Below are positions 9,718-18,469 of a stretch of 64,000 bases of DNA, piece after piece. Source of the stretch: an uncultured Thermodesulfobacteriota bacterium (GTDB lineage Bacteria; Desulfobacterota; B13-G15); contig CAZSWV010000003.1 in NCBI GenBank assembly GCA_964611295.1, positions 6,449 to 70,448 of the forward strand, written 5' to 3'. A program made the position numbers and the translations under genes. Numbering within the stretch: the stretch's first letter is position 1; each line of letters opens with the position of its first letter. The notes beneath the pieces are model-generated. The model searched no databases. It was given only the letters and a program-made list of their open reading frames with translations, and had not been told where the DNA came from.

Positions 9718-11520
9718 ATGGTGCGAGGTCGCAAAAAAATGCGAAAGTCCCCTTCAAGGGAGGCCTTGAGGAGACAGGGCTTAGGGTTCGAAAGGGAATG
9801 GCACGTAGATTGCTCCTTTTGGGCCAAAAGGCCAAGGAGGCGCAGGGTGGAGGTTCGCTTCAGGAAGGCGATAGGCCCGGAGGAGAAACCTGCCCTTGAA
9901 TTCCTAGGTCCTCCTTTTACCAGACCTATGCCTGGGGTGGAGATCTTGAAAAAGGGGCGTGTCTTCCTCGAAGGAGGAAGGCCTTTGGCTTGTGATCTCC
10001 TCTGGGAGAGGGACCTTACTGTTACCTTGAGGGATGGGGTCAGGCTTTACCTTGACGTTTTCCGTCCTTTAGAGGTCGATGGTCCTGTACCGGCCATCGT
10101 CTCCTGGAGTCCTTACGGCAAGGGTGTACCCCAACCTCCACCTCCCGGGGTTCCAACCGAATGGGTTTCAGGGCTTCAGAAGTTCGAAGGGCCAGACCCC
10201 GCCTATTGGTGTCAGCACGGTTATGCGGTCGTAAACGTGGACACCCGGGGTGCCTTCAATTCTGAAGGGGACATCCACTTCTGGGGGCCAATAGACGCCC
10301 AAGACGGTTACGAGGTCATAGAATGGGTGGCTTCTCAGCCTTGGTGTAACGGTAGGGTGGCACTGTCAGGGAACTCCTGGCTTGCCATAGCCCAGTGGTT
10401 CATAGCTGCCCAAGCTCCTCCCCACCTAGCTGCCATAGCACCTTGGGAAGGCCTAACAGACCTTTACAGGCATGACGTCCTCCGCGGCGGCATCCCCAAT
10501 ACGGGCTTCAACGAGCTCATCATCCGTTCCTTGAGGGGCCATAACTTGGTAGAAGACATCCCGGCCATGGTGGAACAATACCCGCTTTTCAACGAGTACT
10601 GGCATCAGAAGGCCGCCCCCCTTGAAAAGGTGAAGGTCCCAGCATATGTAGTGGCAAGTTGGACAAATGACCTCCATACGCTGGGGACCTTGGAGGGCTT
10701 CAGGCGCATAGCTTCAGAGCACAAATGGCTTAGGGTCCACAATACGCATGAGTGGCACGATTACTACCACCCTGAAAACGTGGAAGACCTTCGGAGGTTC
10801 TTCGACTTCTTCTTGAAAGGGGTAAAAAACGGATGGGAGGAAACGCCAAAAGTGAGGCTCTCAATCCTTGACCCTGGGGGGGTAGACCGTACCGGCGTCG
10901 AGGAGAGCTCCTGGCCTGTGAGAGCAGACCGTGAAAGGTTTTACCTTGACGCGGGGACAAAGGGCCTTTCAAGGCGTTTACCCCCTTCAGAGGCCTTTTT
11001 GGAATACAAGGCGGACGACGGCCAAGGGAAGGCCGTTTTCGAGATGGCCTTCGAGGAAGACGTAGAGGTAATAGGTTACATAGAACTATGCCTTTACGTG
11101 GAGTCAAAAGGGGCTGACGACATGGATTTGTTTGTGCTGCTTGAAAAGTGCGATGCCCAAGGCAATCCCCTTAGGCATAAGGCTGGCATCTTCCCTTACT
11201 TTGGCCCCCATGGGAGGTTGAGGGTATCACATAGGGAACTGGAAGAGGGCCCTTCAGTTGAGGGACTGCCGGTTCACGCCCATAGGCGAGAACTCCCGCT
11301 AAAGGAAGGCGAGATCGTCTCATGTAGGATACCCCTCTGGCCCACAGGCATGAAGTGGCGAAAAGGTGAGAGGCTCCGGTTGACTATCTGCGGTTACAAC
11401 CCCGTCCCCTTCCACTTGCCCAACGTCCCGGGGCCTAAGCTGAGAAACAAGGGGATACACAGGGTTCACACAGGGGGCAAGTTCCCTTCCCACCTTTACT
11501 TGCCCCTTAGGAGGATTTGA
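9718..11520 (+). CDS. CocE/NonD family hydrolase (X-Pro dipeptidyl-peptidase S15-type alpha/beta hydrolase)
   Basis: LTVTLRDGVRLYLDVFRP...GPVPAIVSWSPYGK and GYAVVNVDTRG are hallmarks of CocE/NonD. The first ~70 codons (MVRGRKKMRKSPSRE...) look non-coding, so the true start is probably ATG 9928 (MPGVEIL...). Confidence 0.7.
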   Translation: MVRGRKKMRKSPSREALRRQGLGFEREWHVDCSFWAKRPRRRRVEVRFRKAIGPEEKPALEFLGPPFTRPMPGVEILKKGRVFLEGGRPLACDLLWERDLTVTLRDGVRLYLDVFRPLEVDGPVPAIVSWSPYGKGVPQPPPPGVPTEWVSGLQKFEGPDPAYWCQHGYAVVNVDTRGAFNSEGDIHFWGPIDAQDGYEVIEWVASQPWCNGRVALSGNSWLAIAQWFIAAQAPPHLAAIAPWEGLTDLYRHDVLRGGIPNTGFNELIIRSLRGHNLVEDIPAMVEQYPLFNEYWHQKAAPLEKVKVPAYVVASWTNDLHTLGTLEGFRRIASEHKWLRVHNTHEWHDYYHPENVEDLRRFFDFFLKGVKNGWEETPKVRLSILDPGGVDRTGVEESSWPVRADRERFYLDAGTKGLSRRLPPSEAFLEYKADDGQGKAVFEMAFEEDVEVIGYIELCLYVESKGADDMDLFVLLEKCDAQGNPLRHKAGIFPYFGPHGRLRVSHRELEEGPSVEGLPVHAHRRELPLKEGEIVSCRIPLWPTGMKWRKGERLRLTICGYNPVPFHLPNVPGPKLRNKGIHRVHTGGKFPSHLYLPLRRI

Positions 11521-11541
11521 AAAAAGAAAAGGAGGTGTAAG

Positions 11542-12582
11542 ATGAAGAGGTTTTTGGCGATTTTGTTTTCCATGTCCTTAACCTGGTTGGCCTTCCCCAT
11601 CAAGGGGGTTATGGCCCTGGAGAAGAAAGGGGAGGTCATCGAGCTTGTCTTCAGCAGTTCGAACCCGCCTGTTGCCCCCATTGTGCAATCTGCCCTTCAC
11701 TGGTTTGAGGTAGTCAAGAAAGAGACCAAGGGTAAGGTCCAATTCAAGGTCGTCACAGGTGGTGCACTGCTTACAGAACAAGAGGTCTTCAGGGGGATAC
11801 AAAGTGGGGTGGCAGACATAGCCACTTACATAGTGGACGAGCGCGATGGCTTTGTCCTCAATAGCGTTATAACCCTTCCCTTCTTGAAGTGGCCTTCGAG
11901 GGAAAAGGCCAATGAGATCTACGAGACGCTGATCCAAAGGATCCCAGAGGTAAAGGCCGAATGGAGGGGGGTGTTGCCCTTTGCCCTCTCCATGATGCCA
12001 CCAAACCATATCCATATGAGGAAAAAACAGGTAAGGACCCCCGCGGACCTCAAGGGGCAAAAGATCGCTGTGACCGGTAAATATGCCTCCCTCCTTAAGG
12101 CCTTAGGGGCAATCCCGGTGGAGGTCCCCATTCAGGATTGGTATTACGCCCTTGAGCGGGGGGTTGTGGACGGTTGCCTCAACCATTTTGCGGTCCTCAA
12201 GGTTTTCCAGCTCCTTGACCTGGTGAACACGCACACCCTCTTCGGTCCCGGCGGAGTGAACATGGGGGCCTTGGGGATAATCATGAACGAAAAGGCCTGG
12301 GAAAGCCTCCCCAAGGACGTACAAGAGGTCTTCGTGCAGACCCAAAGGGAATACACTCGTAAGCTTTACGAGATAGAGGAAACCCAATACCTCCAGGCTG
12401 CCATAGAGCACTGCAAGACACGTGGGCACACTTTCGTTGAGCTTTCGCCTGCTGAGATCACCGCATGGCAGAAGCTGGTGCAGAAGCCCATCGTCGAACA
12501 ATGGATAAAGGACTGTGAGAAAAAGGGGCTGCCTGGCAAGAAGGTCTACGAGGAAATGATCCGTATGATAGAAGGCAAGTAA
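11542..12582 (+). CDS. TRAP transporter solute-binding protein (DctP family), orphan (no adjacent DctQM)
   Basis: 346 aa with signal peptide and a DctP-type fold pattern. RBS AAAAGGAGGTG precedes the ATG. Confidence 0.65.
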   Translation: MKRFLAILFSMSLTWLAFPIKGVMALEKKGEVIELVFSSSNPPVAPIVQSALHWFEVVKKETKGKVQFKVVTGGALLTEQEVFRGIQSGVADIATYIVDERDGFVLNSVITLPFLKWPSREKANEIYETLIQRIPEVKAEWRGVLPFALSMMPPNHIHMRKKQVRTPADLKGQKIAVTGKYASLLKALGAIPVEVPIQDWYYALERGVVDGCLNHFAVLKVFQLLDLVNTHTLFGPGGVNMGALGIIMNEKAWESLPKDVQEVFVQTQREYTRKLYEIEETQYLQAAIEHCKTRGHTFVELSPAEITAWQKLVQKPIVEQWIKDCEKKGLPGKKVYEEMIRMIEGK

Positions 12583-12604
12583 AACCTCACGGAGGAGGTC
12601 ATAG

Positions 12605-13513
12605 ATGGACAGGATCATAGGCCTTTCCTGCGGAAGGATCGGTGGGAACTGTGAGATCCTTCTAAAAGAGGCCCTCATGGGGGCAGAGGAACTCGGAGTG
12701 AAAGGAGAAATCATAAGGGCCATGGAGCTTAGGGTTAAACCATGTAAGGGGTGCGAGACATGCACCCTCCTTATGGCCCAGGGGAAGGAACCCAAGTGTG
12801 CCATAACCGATGATGATGTGCCCTGGATTCTAGAAAAGGTACTTATGACAGATGCGGCCTTTATCTTGGCGGTCCCCGTCTACCACCTTCGGGCCAATGG
12901 TTACTTCGAGTGCATCCACGAAAGGATGTTGCCCTTTGTCTTCGGGCATCCTGAGATATTGGAAAAGAGGAAAGTAGCAGGTCTAATAGCTGTAGGAGGT
13001 GGAGAGCCAGAATGGACACCTCTTGGGGTGACTTCTGCCAACATCTTCATACAGCACTGTTGGAAACTGGTAGACCAAATGCAGGTGAACTTCTGCGGCC
13101 GTCCTGGGTCAGTGCTCTTGCACCCCCATTACCTCGAAAGGGCAAGGGAGCTCGGAAGGAACGTGGCCAGGGCAATGAGGCTTCCCATAGAGGAGGTAAA
13201 GTACATGGGGGAGGAAACTGAAGTCTCATGCCCTGTCTGCCACGGAAACGTCTTCAAGGTCCCTAGTGCGCATCCGGAGATATTCTGTCCCATATGTTGG
13301 ACAAGGGGGCAAGTCTCCTTGGAGGAGGGTAAGCTCTCGGTCCACTGGGATGAGGAAACCGTACAAAACCCGCGGTTTTCCCCTAAGGGGGTAGCGACGC
13401 ACGTCGAACTGATAAAGGACTTACAAAGACAGTATTACAGCAACCTTGAAAGGGTCAAAGCGGAAAAGGCCAAGTACGAAACCTGGGGCAAAGTCCTAAA
13501 ACCGGAGGCTTGA
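12605..13513 (+). CDS. iron-sulfur flavoprotein (Isf)-like NADPH-dependent FMN reductase-fold protein with C-terminal zinc-ribbon/rubredoxin-like Cys pairs
   Basis: Flavodoxin-like fold. Compact Isf-type motif CKGCETC...C near the N-terminus; C-terminal CPVCHG...CPICW. Confidence 0.55.
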   Translation: MDRIIGLSCGRIGGNCEILLKEALMGAEELGVKGEIIRAMELRVKPCKGCETCTLLMAQGKEPKCAITDDDVPWILEKVLMTDAAFILAVPVYHLRANGYFECIHERMLPFVFGHPEILEKRKVAGLIAVGGGEPEWTPLGVTSANIFIQHCWKLVDQMQVNFCGRPGSVLLHPHYLERARELGRNVARAMRLPIEEVKYMGEETEVSCPVCHGNVFKVPSAHPEIFCPICWTRGQVSLEEGKLSVHWDEETVQNPRFSPKGVATHVELIKDLQRQYYSNLERVKAEKAKYETWGKVLKPEA

Positions 13514-15573
13514 GTTTGGAGGACTTGGTAAGGGTTACCGTAGACGACCAGGTCTTTGAGGTACCGAGGGGCAGCTTGCTCATAGAGGTGGCCCTCCAGA
13601 ACGGTATTTACATCCCCCACCTCTGTCACCATCCTGACCTACCGCCCCTTGGGGAATGCGGCCTTTGTCTAATCGAAGTACAAGGCCTGGACAAGCCCGT
13701 GGAGGCCTGTACCTTTGAGGTGCAAGAAGAGGTCAACGTGAAAACCGATTCCCCGCTCTTAAGGGAGTTGCGACGGGAAAACCTGAAGAAGATTTTGCGA
13801 GGGCATCCGCCGGACTGTACTTCTTGTCCCAAGTACATGAGGTGCGAACTTCAGTCGTTAAAACAGTACTTGGGGGTTGGGGATCTTCCCATGGAGGGCG
13901 TCAAAGCCCTTCCTTTGGATGAAACCAACCCCCTCTTTGTCCTCGATCCCTCTAGGTGTGTCCTTTGCAAAAGGTGTATACGGGCCTGTAAGGACCTAAG
14001 GGGAATAGGGATCCTAGAGGTTAAGGAAAAGGACGGCTGGTCTTTTGTCGGGACACGTTCAGGTAAGCCCCTAGGGGAAGAAGGGTGTATGTTTTGCGGC
14101 AGCTGCGTTGAAGTCTGCCCTACAGGTGCCTTTAGGGACAAAGAAGGTTTGTTGAAGGGGAAGGGCAAAAGGGCAGCCCTTTTGCCCTGTGCCACGACCT
14201 GTCCTTTGGAAATAGACATACCCTCTTTTCTCAGGGCCGTAAAAAAGGGCGAAGGCCTCCTGGCTCGTTCCCTCTTGGAAAGGCGAACTCCCATGCCTTT
14301 GACCTTGACTTACGTATGCCAAGCGCCATGCGAGGAAGTATGCCGAAGGGGCCTTGTGAACGCCCCTATGGCTATAAGGGAACTTAAGAGGTTTGTGTTG
14401 GAGGAATTATCCCCTTTTGGTCTCAGAAGGGGTAAGCCTACTTCTGAAGGGACGGGGAAAATAGCCGTAATAGGATCAGGACCCGCAGGTCTGGTAGCAG
14501 CCTATTATTTGAGGCAAATGGGCCATCAGGTGACAGTCTTTGAAGCCATGCCCGAACCTGGGGGGATGTTGAGGTATGGGATACCTAGGTACAGGCTCCC
14601 TGAAGAGGTCCTACAGAAGGAACTACAGGAGCTTTTGGCCTGTGGAGTGGTGCTCAAGACCTCAAGCCCCATTGAGGACCTCGATCCCCTCCTTGGGGAG
14701 TACAATGCGGTAATAGTGGCCATTGGGGCCCAAAAAGGGGTCTCTCCCTTCCAAGACATGGGAAGCCGTTCCGGGATTTACACAGGTGTTGACTTTATGA
14801 AGATGGTCAACCAGGGCCTTGTCCCTGAGATCGGAAAAAGGGTCGCTGTCATAGGGGGAGGTGCGGTTGCCCTGGATTGCGCCAGAAGCGCCATAAGGCT
14901 TGGGGCCTCTGAGGTCTGGGTGATATGTCTCGAACGGAAAGACCAGATGCCAGCTGGCAGGAGGGAAATCGAGGAAGCCGAGGGCGAAGGGGTAAGGTTT
15001 ATCGACTCTGCCCATGTGACGGAACTAAAGGAAGGACCAAGGGGTAAAAGCCTCCGCTATGGAAGGGTCAAAGCCTTTGAGTTGGACCGAAAAGGCGGGC
15101 TGAATGTGGAACTTGAAGAGGGGGTCTTTGGAGAACTTTCTTTAGACACGGTGATATATGCAGTGGGGCAGAGGCCTTCTGTCCCTGAAGGGTTTGGATT
15201 AAAGCTGACCAGAGACGCTACCCTCTGGGTCGACCCTTTCACCTTGATGACCTCGCGCAGAGGGGTCTTTGCCGCAGGGGACGTCCTAACTGGTACCAGG
15301 ACGGTAGCCGAGGCCATGGCCTCCGGAAGAAGGGCAGCAGACGCAGTGGATAGGTTCCTAGGTGGGCAAGGCTTAGAAGATGAGCCCCCAAGGGAGGTAG
15401 AAGTCCGCATTGAGCCCCTGGCCGGTTTCTATAAGCTCGAGCGCTTGAAGGGGAAGGCCCGTTCTGCAAAAGAGGCCGCCTGCGAAGCCATGAGGTGCTT
15501 ACAGTGCGATCTGCGTCTCCGCATAAGGCCACCAAGGTTTTGGGCCGATTTCGCCCAAGGAGGACTCAAATGA
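13510..15573 (+). CDS. multi-cluster Fe-S protein: NuoG/HndD-like N-terminus (2Fe-2S, His-ligated 4Fe-4S, 2x4Fe-4S) fused to a GltD-like FAD/NAD(P)H oxidoreductase domain
   Basis: CHHPDLPPLGECGLC (2Fe-2S); HPPDCTSCPKYMRC; CVLCKRCIRAC and CMFCGSCVEVCP; then the GltD/NfnB-like pair KIAVIGSGPAGL and VAVIGGGAVALD. Confidence 0.75.
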   Translation: MSLEDLVRVTVDDQVFEVPRGSLLIEVALQNGIYIPHLCHHPDLPPLGECGLCLIEVQGLDKPVEACTFEVQEEVNVKTDSPLLRELRRENLKKILRGHPPDCTSCPKYMRCELQSLKQYLGVGDLPMEGVKALPLDETNPLFVLDPSRCVLCKRCIRACKDLRGIGILEVKEKDGWSFVGTRSGKPLGEEGCMFCGSCVEVCPTGAFRDKEGLLKGKGKRAALLPCATTCPLEIDIPSFLRAVKKGEGLLARSLLERRTPMPLTLTYVCQAPCEEVCRRGLVNAPMAIRELKRFVLEELSPFGLRRGKPTSEGTGKIAVIGSGPAGLVAAYYLRQMGHQVTVFEAMPEPGGMLRYGIPRYRLPEEVLQKELQELLACGVVLKTSSPIEDLDPLLGEYNAVIVAIGAQKGVSPFQDMGSRSGIYTGVDFMKMVNQGLVPEIGKRVAVIGGGAVALDCARSAIRLGASEVWVICLERKDQMPAGRREIEEAEGEGVRFIDSAHVTELKEGPRGKSLRYGRVKAFELDRKGGLNVELEEGVFGELSLDTVIYAVGQRPSVPEGFGLKLTRDATLWVDPFTLMTSRRGVFAAGDVLTGTRTVAEAMASGRRAADAVDRFLGGQGLEDEPPREVEVRIEPLAGFYKLERLKGKARSAKEAACEAMRCLQCDLRLRIRPPRFWADFAQGGLK

Positions 15574-16526
15574 AGGTCTGTGTCATATATTTCTCCCAAA
15601 CGGGGAACACCAAGAAGATAGCAGAATCCATAGTGGAAGGCATAAGGGATACAGGGGCCGAATGTGACCTCTTATCCATAAAGGAGGCTTCTGGAACCTC
15701 CCTTGATGGGTACCAATTGGTTGGGATTGGGAGCCCGGTTTGGTGTGGAGCAGAGCCCCCAAACGTAAGGGAGTTCATCCTGAGACTTCCAGGGCAAAGG
15801 GGACGACACGCCTTTTGTTTTTGCACCCACGGGGTCATGCCCGAGCATTACTTCCCCGTGGTCACAAGGAGGCTAAAGGGCAAGGGCTTTACGGTAATAG
15901 GCTTCAAGGGATGGTTCGGCAGCGTCCATTTCCAAATAGCGCCTTCGCCGTATTATACAGAAGGGCACCCAGACGAATTGGACCTAAGGGAAGCGCGGGA
16001 GTTCGGAAGGGAAATGGTCTACAAAAGCCGAAGGATAGCCAATGGCCATTCCGATTTAATACCACCCTTGCCCCCTTACCTATACACACCGCAACTTTGG
16101 GTATTAGCCGAGTTTTACAGGTATGGCCATAACCCCCATGGGCGTATAAGTTATGATCCAGAGAAGTGTAGGTATCCCCAGTGCAGGCTGTGCATGGAGA
16201 ACTGCCCCATGGGTTATATTGACTTCTCTCAACAACCACGGAGGTTTGGCTCAAAGGGTACCGAATGCGATATGTGGCTTGGTTGCACCTTCTGCGAGAT
16301 GATATGTCCAACGGGGGCCATTTACTGTGACTGGGAGGCCTTTCTTGAAGAGAGCAAGGAACTGCTTTCCGTCTTTGACTTCAATCCTCTCGAAGAGGCA
16401 GCAAGAAAGCTGGTCGAGGAAGGCCGTTTAAGGCTTTTGGTGAAATGGGAGGATGTAAGGTGGGATAGGCTTTATTTTATGGTCCACGACAAAAGGCCAC
16501 GGTTCAAAATAGGAGGGACGAGATGA
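15570..16526 (+). CDS. flavodoxin domain fused to a 2x[4Fe-4S] ferredoxin domain
   Basis: Start chosen at ATG 15570 (GGAGGACTCAAATGA, overlapping the upstream stop) rather than the ORF-track 15495. MKVCVIYFSQTGNTKK flavodoxin signature; C-terminal CRLCMENCP and CTFCEMICP. Confidence 0.65.
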   Translation: MKVCVIYFSQTGNTKKIAESIVEGIRDTGAECDLLSIKEASGTSLDGYQLVGIGSPVWCGAEPPNVREFILRLPGQRGRHAFCFCTHGVMPEHYFPVVTRRLKGKGFTVIGFKGWFGSVHFQIAPSPYYTEGHPDELDLREAREFGREMVYKSRRIANGHSDLIPPLPPYLYTPQLWVLAEFYRYGHNPHGRISYDPEKCRYPQCRLCMENCPMGYIDFSQQPRRFGSKGTECDMWLGCTFCEMICPTGAIYCDWEAFLEESKELLSVFDFNPLEEAARKLVEEGRLRLLVKWEDVRWDRLYFMVHDKRPRFKIGGTR

Positions 16527-17974
16527 GACACCTTGAGACAGAGATCGCAGTTATAGGGGCAGGACCTGCGGGTCTGGCAGCAGCCATATCGGCTGCTGAG
16601 CGAGGCAGCCAAGTAGTGGTACTTGAAAAAGGGGCCACTACAGGCGGAACGGCAAACATGGGAATGGGCCTTTTCGCTGTAGAAAGTAGGATACAAAAGG
16701 AAAAGCAGATAGCCTTGACTAAGGAAGAAGCCTTTCGGCTTTTCATGGATTACACCCATTGGCGAACCGATGCGAAGCTCGTGAAGTCTTATATCGACAA
16801 GTCCCCTGAGACCATATCCTGGCTTGAGGCAATGGGGGTGGAGTTTTACGATGTAGCGGCCTATTTCCCTGGGGCCCACTTCACTTGGCACATAGTGAAG
16901 CCTGAAGGCGGAGGGAGACCCGGCCCCGGTTGTGCTGCCACCATGACTAAGCTCATGACCAAACGGGCACAAGCCTTGGGGGTCACGTTCTTCTTGCAGT
17001 GCCCAGCTAAAAAGCTCTTAGGATCTGAAGAGGGGATAGAGGGGGTCCTTGCTGAAGATAGGGCTGGCGAGGAACTTTATGTCAAAGCGAAAGCCGTAGT
17101 CATCGCCACAGGAGGATTCGGCGACAACCCCGAATGGATAAAGCGCTTCACCGGTTTCCAGTGGGGGGTCGACCTCTTCTCCTTTAGGATACCAGGGCTT
17201 AACGGAGATGGGATAAGGATGGCATGGGATGTTGGCGCCGCGCGTTCGGAAATGAACTTGGAGCTGATATACGGCACTCCTGGGCTAGATGAGTTCCCTA
17301 CCCTAAGAGAGGTCTTCCGCCAACCCTTTGTCCTCATGCTGAACCTTCTCGGGGAACGTTTCATAAACGAGGAGATACTCCCCAACACCACCTTTACAGG
17401 CAATGCCGTAGCAAGGCAAAAGGAACGCTGTGCCTTCGCCGTACTGGATGACCACATATTGGAACGTTTGAAGAAAGGCCTTGAGGTCTTTTCCATGGTC
17501 TTTCCCGTGAAAGATGCCGCCTCTTTTGAGGATGAGTTTAAATCCGCCGTATCCAAGGGCGTAAAAGACCTCTTCATGGCCAATAACCTCCAGGAACTAG
17601 CAAGCCTCACCGGAATGGATGTAAAAGGGCTCCTTAGGACCTTTGAGGCTTACAATGCCTTTTGCGAGAGGGGAGTGGACAAAGAGCTTGGTAAAAGCCC
17701 TAAATACCTCTTCCCCCTTAAGGGACCGAGGTTCTTTGCAGCGAAGGTCTATCCGAGTGCATACGGCACATTAGGGGGGATAAAGATCAACCACCGGTGT
17801 GAGGTCCTCAACGAACAGTGGGGATCCATCCCTGGGCTTTACGCTGCTGGCACCGATGCCTGTTCCATCTATGGGGATAGCTACATGTTCTTATTGCCCG
17901 GCAACACCATGGGCTTTGCCGTCAACAGCGGACGAATTGCTGGCGAAAATGCCTCTTTTTACGTAAAGGGTTAA
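16523..17974 (+). CDS. FAD-dependent oxidoreductase, fumarate reductase/succinate dehydrogenase flavoprotein-like (FAD_binding_2)
   Basis: AVIGAGPAGLAAAISAAERGSQVVVLEKG...GGT N-terminal FAD fold and VIATGGFG motif. A soluble flavocytochrome-less fumarate-reductase / 3-ketosteroid-dehydrogenase-like architecture. Confidence 0.7.
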   Translation: MRHLETEIAVIGAGPAGLAAAISAAERGSQVVVLEKGATTGGTANMGMGLFAVESRIQKEKQIALTKEEAFRLFMDYTHWRTDAKLVKSYIDKSPETISWLEAMGVEFYDVAAYFPGAHFTWHIVKPEGGGRPGPGCAATMTKLMTKRAQALGVTFFLQCPAKKLLGSEEGIEGVLAEDRAGEELYVKAKAVVIATGGFGDNPEWIKRFTGFQWGVDLFSFRIPGLNGDGIRMAWDVGAARSEMNLELIYGTPGLDEFPTLREVFRQPFVLMLNLLGERFINEEILPNTTFTGNAVARQKERCAFAVLDDHILERLKKGLEVFSMVFPVKDAASFEDEFKSAVSKGVKDLFMANNLQELASLTGMDVKGLLRTFEAYNAFCERGVDKELGKSPKYLFPLKGPRFFAAKVYPSAYGTLGGIKINHRCEVLNEQWGSIPGLYAAGTDACSIYGDSYMFLLPGNTMGFAVNSGRIAGENASFYVKG

Positions 17975-17980
17975 GGCCCT

Positions 17981-18469
17981 CTATCCTACCCAGGGGATCT
18001 CCAAGACTTGAAGGCACCGGGAAGGGCAGACTGCAACGCATATGGGCTCTTTCCCATCGCGGACCCTATGGAGGCATAGGTCACACATGGCCACTGTCCC
18101 GTCTGGCAAGAACTCGGGGGCCCCTATGGGACAAGCCTCTTTACATAGACCGCACCCTGTACAGATATCCCTGTCCACTTCAAGGACGCCTTCTTGGGTT
18201 TGGAATATGGCCCCAAGCGGACATGCCTCCTTACAAAGAGGGTGCGTACATTGCCTACACACCACAACTCTAAAGGACTGCCCCACCTTTCCATCTACAA
18301 TAAAGGGGCCTCCTTCAAATACCCTTATGAAGGACGGTCCCTTGGGTTCGGCCTGGGGAGGGGAAGTGGGATAAGGGGGGAATTGGTGTTCCATCTTGCA
18401 GGCAACTGTACACGCGCGACATCCTATACATTTCCTTGGATCTACCTGGAGCTTAAGCCTCATCCTCAA
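17981..18469 (-). CDS. 4x[4Fe-4S] ferredoxin-type electron-transfer subunit of a molybdopterin oxidoreductase (DmsB/PsrB/BthL-like)
   Basis: Four Cys clusters: CIGCRACTVAC, CRQCTHPLCKEACP, CTGCGLCKEACP, CDLCLHR...CVAVCP. Overlaps and follows the Mo-subunit gene. Confidence 0.75.
   Translation of the reverse strand: MRMRLKLQVDPRKCIGCRACTVACKMEHQFPPYPTSPPQAEPKGPSFIRVFEGGPFIVDGKVGQSFRVVVCRQCTHPLCKEACPLGAIFQTQEGVLEVDRDICTGCGLCKEACPIGAPEFLPDGTVAMCDLCLHRVRDGKEPICVAVCPSRCLQVLEIPWVG

Noticed and set aside
15495-15569. Upstream extension of the flavodoxin-ferredoxin ORF
   Set aside because: It overlaps the preceding gene by 79 nt and lacks an RBS. ATG 15570 has a GGAGGA SD and begins with the flavodoxin signature MKVCVIYFSQTGNT.
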